64,000 nt of DNA from Myxococcaceae bacterium (GTDB lineage Bacteria; Myxococcota; Myxococcia; Myxococcales; Myxococcaceae), in NCBI GenBank assembly GCA_020247085.1, contig JADCJJ010000267.1, positions 3,582-67,581 of the forward strand, in the 5' to 3' direction. The notes below the pieces were generated by a model, which did no database searches, was not told the origin of the DNA, and worked only from the letters and a program-made list of their open reading frames with translations. The translations under genes were made by a program, and so were the position numbers. This document shows, piece after piece, positions 41,430-53,485 of the stretch (position 1 is the first letter of the stretch; each line of letters opens with the position of its first letter).

Positions 41430-41600
41430 GCCGGCCCCGTAGCGCAGGGCGCCTCGCGCCGCCTCGCGCGAATGGCCAAGGCCCGCTCGTAGGGCCAGGC
41501 GCCTGGCGAGCGGCGCGGGTGCCTCGAGGGGCCCGGCTTCCCACCTCGCCTGAATCAGGGCACCGGCAGCGCCCCCCCTACACCCGCGCGCGGCGCGCCG

Positions 41601-42713
41601 TCAGAGGAGCGACAGCCGCTTCTTCGCCTTCAGCGCCTCGACGACCTTGCGCACGTCCTGCGACCGCTCCTTCGGCAGCACCAGCATCGCGTCTCCGGCG
41701 TCCACCACCACCACGTCCTTCATGCCGACGACGGCGATGGGCCTGTCCTTCGCCACCACCACGCAGCCGGCGGCGTCGATGAGGAAGACATCTTTCCCCA
41801 CGGCGACGTTGCCGGACTCGTCGGTGGGCCGCACCTCGGGCAGGGCGTTGAAGCTGCCGACGTCGCTCCAGCCGCAGCGGCTCGGCACCACGGCGATGTT
41901 CGAGGCCTTCTCGGCGATGCCGTAGTCGATGCTGGTGGCTGGCATGTCGGGGAAGTGGCGCGCCAGCGCCCTTTCGGCCCGGCGGGTACCCCAGGCGGCG
42001 CGTATGGGCTCGAGCGCGGCCGCCAGCGCGGGCATGTGGTGCTTGAAGGCCTCGAGCATGACGTCGGCGCGGAAGACGAAGAGGCCTGCGTTCCACAGGT
42101 ACTCGCCCGAGACGAGGTACTGCTCCGCCGTCGGCCGGTCGGGCTTCTCGGCGAAGCGGCTCACGCGCCGCGCGGTGCCCGAGAGCGGCTCCCCCACCTG
42201 GATGTAGCCGTAGCCCGTCTCGGGCCGCGTCGGGTGAATGCCGAGGGTGACGATGTGGCCCGCCCGGGCGAGCTCGACCGCCTCGGCCACCGAGGCCTGG
42301 AAGGCGGCGACGTCGGCGACGTGCTGGTCCGACGGCAGGACGACCAGCACGCCGCGCGGGTCGAGGTGCGCGACGGCAGCGGTGGCGAGCGCGATGGCCG
42401 GGGCGGTGTTGCGCGCCTGCGGCTCGACGAGCACGTTCGGCTTCGGCACCGCGGGCAGCGCCTTGCGCACCAGCGGCGCGTGGAGCGCCCCGCAGACGAC
42501 GAACGTCTGCCGCGGCGGCGCCACCCCCTTCAGCCGCGCCAGCGTCTCGACGATGAGCGGCCGCCCGGTGGCCAGGGGCAGGAACTGCTTGGGCCTCGCC
42601 ACCCGGGACAGCGGCCAGAAGCGGGTGCCGCTCCCGCCGGCCATGATGACGGGGAACACCCGTGCGTCCTTCGTCGTGGCTGCCCGCTGCTGCTTCGCCG
42701 TCGCTCGCGCCAT
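41601..42713 (-). CDS. mannose-1-phosphate guanylyltransferase (GDP-mannose pyrophosphorylase)
   Basis: ATG 42713. FPVIMAGGSGTRFWPLSRVARPKQFLPL, GYGYIQVGE, YLWNAGLFVF. 370 aa, with no C-terminal cupin isomerase domain. Confidence 0.85.
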   Translation of the reverse strand: MARATAKQQRAATTKDARVFPVIMAGGSGTRFWPLSRVARPKQFLPLATGRPLIVETLARLKGVAPPRQTFVVCGALHAPLVRKALPAVPKPNVLVEPQARNTAPAIALATAAVAHLDPRGVLVVLPSDQHVADVAAFQASVAEAVELARAGHIVTLGIHPTRPETGYGYIQVGEPLSGTARRVSRFAEKPDRPTAEQYLVSGEYLWNAGLFVFRADVMLEAFKHHMPALAAALEPIRAAWGTRRAERALARHFPDMPATSIDYGIAEKASNIAVVPSRCGWSDVGSFNALPEVRPTDESGNVAVGKDVFLIDAAGCVVVAKDRPIAVVGMKDVVVVDAGDAMLVLPKERSQDVRKVVEALKAKKRLSLL

Positions 42714-42971
42714 CGGTGTCCGCCGGCGCCGCGCGGGGTCATCCCGCCGGTCTCCGGCCCTCCCTGCTCGCCCACCCACGCCTGCCGGGAGGGGCTCCAC
42801 CCCGCTCTTACAGCAGTCACCCGCGGGGCAAGAGGGGCGCGTGGACGGCCCCGCCCGGGGTGCGGCCGCGACGGCCGTCGGAGCACAGGCCCCGTGGCCC
42901 AGGGCTCCGCAGGAGGCCTCGCGGGCGACGGCGGCCAGCCGTCACCCCGGCGCCCAAGCCGACCGACGGCG

Positions 42972-43508
42972 TCACGCGCAATACGCGAGGTAGGCCTCGC
43001 GGCGCGCCTCGAGCCGGCGGGCCAGCCACGCGTTGGCGGCACCCAGGACCTCGCCGATGTGGCGCGCCTCGTCCCGGTACGCGAGGCGCTTCTCACGCGA
43101 CCAGGCGGCCGGCGGGGCCTCGAGGTTCGTCACCCGGTCGGCGAGCTTCACCAGCTGCACCTCGACGGGCTGCGCCCTCAGCCGCCGCAGCGAGTCGGCC
43201 ATGCGATGCGCCTTGTCGAGCCGCGCGTCCTTGGTGAGGGCCTCGACCCCGTCGGCGACACGCCTGCCGAACCGCGCCGCCAGCGCCTCCCGGGTGACAC
43301 CGGCGTCCTCCATCGAGTCGTGGAGCAGCGCGCACGTCACCGAGAGCTCCGCGTCGAAGTCGCGCGTCTCGACCCAGGCCCGCTGCACCTCGGCGGCGAC
43401 CTTCACCAGGTGCGTCACGTAGGGAAACGCCGAGCCCGGCACCTGCTGCGCCCCGTGGGCGGTGGTGACGAAGTCGAGCGTGCGAGCGAAGGCGTCAGGG
43501 TTCCACAT
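42972..43508 (-). CDS. HD-domain protein, RelA/SpoT-type (p)ppGpp hydrolase-like (small alarmone hydrolase-like)
   Basis: ATG 43508. AHGAQQ..PYVTHLVKVA, LLHDSMEDAGVT (HD), KLADRVTNL. 178 aa, no synthetase domain. Confidence 0.75.
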   Translation of the reverse strand: MWNPDAFARTLDFVTTAHGAQQVPGSAFPYVTHLVKVAAEVQRAWVETRDFDAELSVTCALLHDSMEDAGVTREALAARFGRRVADGVEALTKDARLDKAHRMADSLRRLRAQPVEVQLVKLADRVTNLEAPPAAWSREKRLAYRDEARHIGEVLGAANAWLARRLEARREAYLAYCA

Positions 43509-43601
43509 GGCAGGTCCTCTGCGGTGCGACGCCCGGGGGCGCCCGCCGCGCGTCGAAGTCTGCTTCACCTCGCGCGCCCGCGCACGTCAGGCCGGCGCCG
43601 C

Positions 43602-44195
43602 TCAGCGACCGATGGCGGCGACGTGCTCGACGAGCTGGTCGAGCATGCGGAACGTCGCGCCCCAGACGACGTGGCGGCCGTCTCCCCAGACGTAGGCGTC
43701 GCGGTCGGCCTCGAAGACGCGCCGCCTCTCCCGGCGCAGCCGCCAGAGGGGCGCCTCGAGCACCTCAGCGATCTCCCGCTCGCTGGGCGTCAGCGGCGTG
43801 TCGGCCGGCACGACGCCGACGAAGGGCGTCACCCAGTAGGCCGTCACCGTCGGCATCGCCCCCAGCATGCCAAGCACCGAGACGTGCTCCGGCGAGAGCC
43901 CGAGCTCCTCCTTCGTCTCGCGCAGCGCCGTGTGGAGCGGCGTGACGTCACCGGCGTCGCGGGCGCCCCCCGGGAAGGCAATCTGCCCTGGGTGCTCCCG
44001 CAGCGTCAGCGGCCGCATCGTCAAGTAGGCCCACGGCTCCCCCCCGCGCCAGAAGAGCGGGGCGAGCACCGCGGCGTCCTTCAGCGTCAGCCCGTGGGCC
44101 TCCATCACCTTCGACGGCACCGTGCGCAGGCGCACCTTGAGGCGCTCGAAGAAGGCGGCGCCCTCCGCGTCTGCGTCCGTCAGCTGCTCGCTCAT
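43602..44195 (-). CDS. Nudix hydrolase, CoA pyrophosphatase type
   Basis: ATG 44195. Nudix box GGARDAGDVTPLHTALRETKEELGL, preceded by the CoA-type upstream motif LTMRPLTLREHPGQIAFPGG. Confidence 0.85.
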   Translation of the reverse strand: MSEQLTDADAEGAAFFERLKVRLRTVPSKVMEAHGLTLKDAAVLAPLFWRGGEPWAYLTMRPLTLREHPGQIAFPGGARDAGDVTPLHTALRETKEELGLSPEHVSVLGMLGAMPTVTAYWVTPFVGVVPADTPLTPSEREIAEVLEAPLWRLRRERRRVFEADRDAYVWGDGRHVVWGATFRMLDQLVEHVAAIGR

Positions 44196-44308
44196 GCGCG
44201 CCCGGAGTCTAACCACCGCGGCCCTCGGCGGCACGGCCCGGTGCCGGCCCGGGTGTACGACGTGCAACGCCTGGCGAAGTGGCGGCGCAGGATTAGGCTT
44301 TCCTCACC

Positions 44309-44743
44309 ATGACCGACCTCGACCTCGCCTCCCTGGCAAAGGCCTCGAAGCTCTTCGAGGCGCTCGAAGGCTCTGGCCGCAAGGAGCTGCTCTCGAGGGC
44401 AGGTCGCCAGCACTTCCCGGCGGGCCACGTGCTGTGCCGGGAGGGCGACGACGGCGACGTGCTCTACGTGCTGTCGAAGGGCGAGGCGCGCGTGACGGTG
44501 GACGACCTCGGTGAAGAGAAGGAGGTCGGCCGGCTCACGGCGGGCCAGTTCTTCGGAGAGCAGGCGATGCTGTCGGGCGCCAGGCGCCAGGCGACGGTGA
44601 CGGCGCTGACCGACCTCGAGGTGGTGGCCTTCCCGCGTGAGGCCGTCGACGCTGTGCTGGCGAAGAACCCGGCGGCCCGCAAGGTGCTCGCGACCGTGGG
44701 CATTCAGCGCTCGGAAGCGTCGATGCAGAAGCTCCTCGAGTGA
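44309..44743 (+). CDS. cyclic nucleotide-binding domain protein (stand-alone)
   Basis: 144 aa. GDDGDVLYVLSKGEARV, FFGEQAML, RQATVTALTDLEVVAF are typical of the cNMP-binding beta-roll. Confidence 0.85.
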   Translation: MTDLDLASLAKASKLFEALEGSGRKELLSRAGRQHFPAGHVLCREGDDGDVLYVLSKGEARVTVDDLGEEKEVGRLTAGQFFGEQAMLSGARRQATVTALTDLEVVAFPREAVDAVLAKNPAARKVLATVGIQRSEASMQKLLE

Positions 44744-44759
44744 GCGCCGGCCCTTCGCG

Positions 44760-45740
44760 TCAGCGCCAGCACTCGTCGTAGCCGAGGTTCACGGTGCCTC
44801 CGGCGCTCGGGCACACCTCGAGTTCGATGCTGCCGTTGGGGTACGTCGTGTCGGGTGGGGTGCTGCGGAAGCCGCTGGGCTGGCCATTGACGGTGACCCG
44901 CACGCGCCGCGTCCGGTCGATGGGGCGCTTGAGCCCGACGATGCAGCGCTGGTTGACCAGGCGCCCGGCCGTCGTGCGGAGGATGTTGACGTAGTCGGTG
45001 GTGCACAGCGCGAGGTTTCCGTCCTGCTCGAAGCTGGTCGCCGCGACCGCCAGCCGCCACCCGCGCACGAGGCCGGGGAAGAGGCAGCCGTCGAGCCCGA
45101 CGATGGACGTCGCCGAGACGCGCTGGCCGCCCGGCTTGAGCCCGCGCGCGAAGGCCACGAACTCGGACACGGGGAAGTTCGACTGGTCGTCCTCGTCGCC
45201 GAGGAAGACGAGGGCGAGGTCGGCCTCGGGCCGCAGGAAGCCCCGGTTCGTCGTGCCGAGGAGCGGCTCGGTCAAGGCGGCGCGCGCCGCGCCGAGGGCC
45301 CGCTCGATGGCGCTGCCTTCGGAGCCGACGTTCACGAGCCGCCGGAAGGCCTCGGCGGCGGACGGCGTCTGGTCGGTGATGATGGGCCCGACGAACCGGC
45401 CCGAGCGCTTGTCATCCTCCATGTCGCTGGTGACGGCGGCGACGCGGAAGTCGACCTGGTTGGCGCGGAAGGCGCCGAAGAAGGCGTCGAAGTTGTTCGC
45501 CAGCTCGGCCTGGTCGTCCTCCATGCTGCAGGAGTCGTCGATGACGAACAGCACGTCGATGGGCTGCCGCCGGAAGGGCGTCAGCTGGTACACGTCGGTC
45601 GCGGTGACCCGGCAGCCGTCGGGCGGCACGGTGACGTCTCGCTGCGAGTCGGTGGGCGTCGGCACCGGCGGCGCCTCGAGCAACTCGGTGCGCCCGCAAG
45701 CGGCGGCGAGGACGAGGACGGTGAGGGCGCGAAGGAGCAT
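44760..45740 (-). CDS. von Willebrand factor type A domain lipoprotein
   Basis: ATG 45740 with lipobox LAAC (MLLRALTVLVLAAAC). MIDAS DVLFVIDDSCSM, later LVFLGDEDD. Cys-rich C-terminal domain. Confidence 0.8.
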   Translation of the reverse strand: MLLRALTVLVLAAACGRTELLEAPPVPTPTDSQRDVTVPPDGCRVTATDVYQLTPFRRQPIDVLFVIDDSCSMEDDQAELANNFDAFFGAFRANQVDFRVAAVTSDMEDDKRSGRFVGPIITDQTPSAAEAFRRLVNVGSEGSAIERALGAARAALTEPLLGTTNRGFLRPEADLALVFLGDEDDQSNFPVSEFVAFARGLKPGGQRVSATSIVGLDGCLFPGLVRGWRLAVAATSFEQDGNLALCTTDYVNILRTTAGRLVNQRCIVGLKRPIDRTRRVRVTVNGQPSGFRSTPPDTTYPNGSIELEVCPSAGGTVNLGYDECWR

Positions 45741-45910
45741 GGGAAGGAGATGGTCGACCCGGCCAGACGAACGCCGGTTCAAGCACAGTCGGGCACCTCG
45801 AGGCGACTGGGCTGCCCAATCGCCCGGCGGGGGCTCGTTTGGCCCCGTAGCGTGAACGAAAGCGCGCTATCGACGCTCTCGAAGAGGGGCGCGTGGGCCC
45901 GCCCGTCGTT

Positions 45911-45928
45911 CCCCCCCCCCGGCCCCCC
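45911..45928 (+). repeat. homopolymer tract C10-GG-C6 in the 5' region of the SWIM-SNF2 gene
   Basis: 45911-45920 is ten consecutive C, then GG, then C6 (45923-45928). The tract ends 17 nt before GTG 45945, immediately before a GGAG at 45929-45932. Confidence 0.9.
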
Positions 45929-45944
45929 GGAGACCTGAGCCGCC

Positions 45945-48878
<2,934 letters not shown>

Positions 48879-49031
48879 GCGACGCCCCGTCGCGAGTCGC
48901 CGGCCGCGCGCCTCGCAACCAGCCCCCGGGGCGGGGCTCCCTGGCCTCACCGTCTCACGACGGAGGCGGGCGATTGCGGCTGGCTGCCGCCCGGGCTCAT
49001 CCATAAGGGTGAGAGCACCGCTGGTTCGCCG

Positions 49032-52000
49032 ATGCCCGTGGAGCCGCCGCCGCCGCCGACTGCCCCGCCGCGACGACGTCGCTGGGGGCGCCTCACGCTC
49101 GGCGGGCTGCTCCTGGGCCCGGCGCTCCTCGCGCTGTCGACGCCGTGGCTCGTCGAAAGCCCGCTGGGGCGCACGCTCGTCTCGGCCGCCCTCCGCCGGC
49201 AGGGCGTCGAGCTCGACTGGGAGCGCCTGACGCTGTCGGTGCGCAAGGCCCGCGTCGAGCTCACCGGCCTCGAGGTCGCCGCCGGCGAAAGCTCGGCCAG
49301 CGCGGCCCGGCTGGCGCTCGACTGGGACTGGGGGGCCGCCCGGCAGGGCATCACCCACCTGCGCACCCTCACCCTCGACGACGTCGTCGTTCGCCTCGCG
49401 CCGGACGCGCCCGCAACTGGCACGCCGGCAGCGCTCCCACCGAGGTGGTCGGGCCTGCTCGAGCCGCTCGCGGCGCTGCCGCCGCTGCACCTCGACGCGG
49501 TGACCGTTCGGCGGCTGGCCGTGCACCACCCCACCGGGTCCGTTGCCGGCCTCGGCCTCGAGGGCGCCCTTCACGTCGGCCGGGGCGTCGCGCCGGCCGG
49601 GTTCCTCGCACTGACGGGCGGCTCGGCCTCGTGGCGCCGCGAGGGCTCCGCGCGCCGCCTCGGCCTCGATGCCGCCGCGCGCGCCTCGCTCGACGGCGAC
49701 GCCGTACGCCTTCACGTGCACGCGACGCTCATCGAGGGCTTCGAAGGGCTGCCCCTGCGCGAGGGCCCCCTGCTGGACCTCGAGGCGACCGCGCGGGTCG
49801 AGCCGGCGTCGCGCTGCGCCGTCGTGCGCCTCGAGCGCGCCGCGCTCCTGGGCGCCGCGGCCCGCTCGACGGCGGCGCTCTCGCTGCGCGACGGCGAGGC
49901 GCTGCCCGTCGTCGAGGCGGCCGAGGTGTCGGCTGACCTGGCGGCGCTGCTGCCGCTGGCGAAGACCTTCGAGCCCACGCTGACGCTCACCGAGGGGCGC
50001 CTCGACCTCGGAGCCCGGCCCGATGGCTCGGCCACGCCCGCGCTCGAGGGAGCCCTGCAGGTGCGCGGGCTCACCCACGCCGCCGGGGCGCTGGCCGCGG
50101 CCGCGGGCACGGTGCGAGTGTGGCCGTCGGTTCGGCGGGCCGAGGTCACCCTGACGGCTGAGCACCTCGAGGCGGCGCGCGACGGCCGCCGCCTCGGCGC
50201 CCTCGCGCTGGGCCTCGACGCCAGCGCCGCGCTCACCGACCGCCGTGGGGCGGTCTCGCTGGCGTTGCGGCTCGACGGGCTCCAGCTCGACGACGGCGAC
50301 CGCCGCCACGGCGTGCGCTCGCTCGCGCTCCGGGCCCGCAGCGACGACGTCTCGCCCGAGGGGCCCTTTCCGCTCTCGGCGGCGGTCGAGGGCGAGCTGT
50401 CGGGCTTCTCGGCGCCGGGCGTGCGGCTCTCGTCGGCGGGCCTGGGCGGCCGGGTCGAGCTCGCCAGCGCGACGGGCGGCGCCCTTCACCTCGAGCTGCC
50501 CGTGACGGGCCTCGACGCGCCGCCCGTCTCGCTCGAAGCGGGCCGGCTGGCCGTCGACGTGCCCCGCTTCTCCCTCGAGGGCGCGCCGGCGGCGCCGCCG
50601 TCGGCCGACTTCCGAGTCAGAGCGCAGGGCACGGCGCTGCGGGCCGCGCTGGACGAAGGCAGCGTCACCCTCCCCCGGGCCGAGCTGAGCGCCACGGGAG
50701 CCCTCGCCCGGGAGGCGCTCGAGACGCTCACCGGCACCATCACCAGCGCGCCCCTCGGGCTCGCGCGGGGCACGCAGCGGCTCACCCTCGCCGGCGCCGC
50801 GCTGGCGTTCACCGCATCGAACCTGAGCGCCGCGGCCGGGCAGGCGCAGGTCGACGGCCAGCTGCTCGGCGTCGAGCTGCACGCGAGCGTCACCCGGACC
50901 AAAGGCGGGCGCCTCGGCGTCACGGGCCGCGCGCGGGCGCCGACGCCCGCCACGCTGCTGCCCCTGGTGGCGCCGCACCTGCCCGACGGCGTCTCTGTGG
51001 AGCCGTCGAAGGGCCCACTGACGCTCGACGTGCGGCTCGACCACGGCGCGGGCGTCAGCGCCGGTGACGCGCACCTGCGGCTCGAGCAGCCCTCCGGCGA
51101 GGTGGCGAAGCGCGCGCTCGGCGCCGCGGCCATCGACGTGCGCCTCGGCTATCGCGCGGGCGGCGGCGCCCAGCACCTCTCGGGCACCGCCACGGTCGAG
51201 GCCCCGCGCGTCGGCGCCGAGACGCTCGCCGGCCCGCTCACCGTCGCCCTCGACGGCTCGCGAGACGCCCCGCGCGGCAGGCTCGAGCTGATGGCGCGCG
51301 CCGCGGTGGCCGAAGCCGAGGCCCTCTCGGTGCGCCTCGACCTCGCGCGCCAGCGGAGCGGCGTCGTCGGCCATCGGCTGTCGCTCGACGCCGGGAACCT
51401 CGGCCGCCTCACGCCCCTGGTGCGCGCCTGGCGCGGCGACGACCCCGAGCTCGACCTCTCGGCCCTCGGCGCCCACCTCGAGGCCGACGGCTCGACGACC
51501 GGCCTCCTTGACGAGACCCTCTCCGTCGACCCCGACTGGAAGGCCCACGTCGACAGCGGCCAGCACGTGTCGCTCTCGCTGACCGACGTGGTCCACCACA
51601 CCGAGGGTGAGACGGTGCGGGTGCCGCGGCTCGACTTCGTCCTCGACGCCGGCGTCCACCACGGCGCCGTGCACGTCGAGTCGAGCATCGAGGCGCCGAA
51701 GGTCGACGTCGACCTCGGCAGGCATCACGCGACGGTCCTGGGCCCCCACCTGCGGCTCGTCGCCGACTCCGACGACCTGCCGACGCAGGCTCGCCTGCGC
51801 CTCCACCTCACCGGCGCCATCGACGCGCTGACCCAGAACCTCTGGCGCCCGTGGGAGCCCGGGGCCGTGACGCTCGACGCGCAGGCCCGGCTCGACCGCC
51901 TGTCGGCCTTCAGCATCGACCGCTTCCTGCTCGAGAGCCCCGAGGGGGGCACCCGCCTCACGCTGACGAAGCGGCTGCGCCTGGCCGACGTCGGGACCTC

Positions 52001-52934
52001 GAGCGGCGAGGACGAGGCCGTCTTCGTCACCGGCGGCCAGCGCTTCGTGCTGGACGGCGCGCTGCGCCAGGACCTCGGGCGGCTCGATGGCGACCCGTCG
52101 GCGTTCCGCGGCAGCGGCGTCGTCACCATGCCGTTCCTCGTCGACTCGGCCGACCGGCAGCTCTTTCGCGTCCGTGGGCGCCTCGAGCTCGACCGGGCGA
52201 CGGCCGTCTTCCCCGCCGCGGGCCTCGAGGTGCACGAGGCGTCGGGCGCCGCCACCCTCGAAGAGGCCCTCGCCCTCGACCCCGTCGACGGCCTGGTGCT
52301 GGTGCCCGGGGGCGACGAGCGCGCCTTCGCCCGCGCCCGCTACCAGGACGTGCAGCCGTTCCTCGCCTCGGACGCGCTCCTCACGGCGGCGAGGCTGCGG
52401 GTGGGCGACGTCGAGCTGGCGCCCGTGGTGGCGAGCCTCGAGGTGCGGCGGAACCGCTTCTCGCTCAACAAGCTGAAGGCCCGGCGCGGCGAAGCGCAGC
52501 TCTCGGGCCAGGTCTTCTTCGACTACCAGCCGGGCAACCGCGTGCTCACCTTCCGCGGCGCCATCACCGGGCTCGCGCGGGCCGGCGCGGCGGTGCCGCT
52601 CGACGCCAACGCTGCGCTGTCGCTGTCGCTCGACCGGTTCGAGGTCGACGGCCGCGTGCAGGTGGTGCGCACCAGCCGCGAGCACGTCGTCGACCTGCTC
52701 GACGTGCTCGACCCCTACCAGCAGGTGGCCGCGCTCAACCGGCTGCGCACGGCGCTCGAGTGGGGCTACCCCCGGCAGCTCCGCCTCGACTTCCACGACG
52801 GGCTGCTGGCGGTCGACGTCGAATTGGGCGGCCTCGCCGCCCTGTTCGACCTCGGCGTCATGCGCGGCATCGCGCTCGGCCCCTTCGTCACCCGCTACCT
52901 CGTCCCCCGACTGTCGCCCAAGGGCCCCCCATGA
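49032..52934 (+). CDS. AsmA-like (TamB/YdbH-type) giant envelope-spanning protein
   Basis: 1300 aa. N-terminal Arg patch plus TM anchor RRRRWGRLTLGGLLLGPALLALSTPWLV. More than 1200 aa of repetitive Leu/Ala/Gly/Asp/Val strand-rich sequence follows. The neighbouring DUF1318-like lipoprotein gene supports the YdbH-type context. Confidence 0.65.
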   Translation: MPVEPPPPPTAPPRRRRWGRLTLGGLLLGPALLALSTPWLVESPLGRTLVSAALRRQGVELDWERLTLSVRKARVELTGLEVAAGESSASAARLALDWDWGAARQGITHLRTLTLDDVVVRLAPDAPATGTPAALPPRWSGLLEPLAALPPLHLDAVTVRRLAVHHPTGSVAGLGLEGALHVGRGVAPAGFLALTGGSASWRREGSARRLGLDAAARASLDGDAVRLHVHATLIEGFEGLPLREGPLLDLEATARVEPASRCAVVRLERAALLGAAARSTAALSLRDGEALPVVEAAEVSADLAALLPLAKTFEPTLTLTEGRLDLGARPDGSATPALEGALQVRGLTHAAGALAAAAGTVRVWPSVRRAEVTLTAEHLEAARDGRRLGALALGLDASAALTDRRGAVSLALRLDGLQLDDGDRRHGVRSLALRARSDDVSPEGPFPLSAAVEGELSGFSAPGVRLSSAGLGGRVELASATGGALHLELPVTGLDAPPVSLEAGRLAVDVPRFSLEGAPAAPPSADFRVRAQGTALRAALDEGSVTLPRAELSATGALAREALETLTGTITSAPLGLARGTQRLTLAGAALAFTASNLSAAAGQAQVDGQLLGVELHASVTRTKGGRLGVTGRARAPTPATLLPLVAPHLPDGVSVEPSKGPLTLDVRLDHGAGVSAGDAHLRLEQPSGEVAKRALGAAAIDVRLGYRAGGGAQHLSGTATVEAPRVGAETLAGPLTVALDGSRDAPRGRLELMARAAVAEAEALSVRLDLARQRSGVVGHRLSLDAGNLGRLTPLVRAWRGDDPELDLSALGAHLEADGSTTGLLDETLSVDPDWKAHVDSGQHVSLSLTDVVHHTEGETVRVPRLDFVLDAGVHHGAVHVESSIEAPKVDVDLGRHHATVLGPHLRLVADSDDLPTQARLRLHLTGAIDALTQNLWRPWEPGAVTLDAQARLDRLSAFSIDRFLLESPEGGTRLTLTKRLRLADVGTSSGEDEAVFVTGGQRFVLDGALRQDLGRLDGDPSAFRGSGVVTMPFLVDSADRQLFRVRGRLELDRATAVFPAAGLEVHEASGAATLEEALALDPVDGLVLVPGGDERAFARARYQDVQPFLASDALLTAARLRVGDVELAPVVASLEVRRNRFSLNKLKARRGEAQLSGQVFFDYQPGNRVLTFRGAITGLARAGAAVPLDANAALSLSLDRFEVDGRVQVVRTSREHVVDLLDVLDPYQQVAALNRLRTALEWGYPRQLRLDFHDGLLAVDVELGGLAALFDLGVMRGIALGPFVTRYLVPRLSPKGPP

Positions 52935-53485
52935 AGACCTTCTGCCTCTCCCTCGCGCTCGCGCTGTCCGGCTGCATCAAACCCCCCGACGTCGTCATGG
53001 TCGACCGCCAGACGATGCTCGAGGAGCAGGTCTCGGGCGAGCTCGAGGCCCTCGACCAGGAGCTGCGCGAGCAGGCCCTGGTGCCCACCTCGGCGGACTT
53101 CTCGCGCGGTCAGCTCGAGGCGGCCGGCGTCGACCTCGGCGACGACACGCTGACCCAGGTGACGCGCGTGCATGCGGTGCTGGTGAGCGAACTCGAGCTC
53201 ATCGACGAGCTGCTGGTGCGACGCTGCCTCGGCGAGGCGACGACCGGGCTGCTCGAAGAGACGCCCGCCACCTGCAGCGGCCGCCACACGGCCCAGCACA
53301 CCACCGCGTCGGTGCACCGGGTGAACCGCGCGCGCCGCCAGCTGTGGGACTTCCTGGCGCGAAAGGGAGCGCCGGGCACCCTCGACGACGTCGCGCGCGC
53401 CTGGCGCCGCGAGCACCTCGAGGGCGTGGTGTGCGGCGCGCAGGTGCAGGCGGCCTCGGGCGCCTGGGAGGTGAAGCGGTGCTGA
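52931..53485 (+). CDS. lipoprotein with C-terminal DUF1318 (YdbL)-like domain
   Basis: ATGA overlap with the upstream stop. Lipobox LALALSGC. The C-terminal half, CLGEATTGLLE...VHRVNRARRQLWDFLARKG..LDDVARAW...ASGAWEVK, follows the YdbL/DUF1318 pattern as I recall it (GE..G.L, N..R, G.W.K). Confidence 0.6.
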   Translation: MKTFCLSLALALSGCIKPPDVVMVDRQTMLEEQVSGELEALDQELREQALVPTSADFSRGQLEAAGVDLGDDTLTQVTRVHAVLVSELELIDELLVRRCLGEATTGLLEETPATCSGRHTAQHTTASVHRVNRARRQLWDFLARKGAPGTLDDVARAWRREHLEGVVCGAQVQAASGAWEVKRC

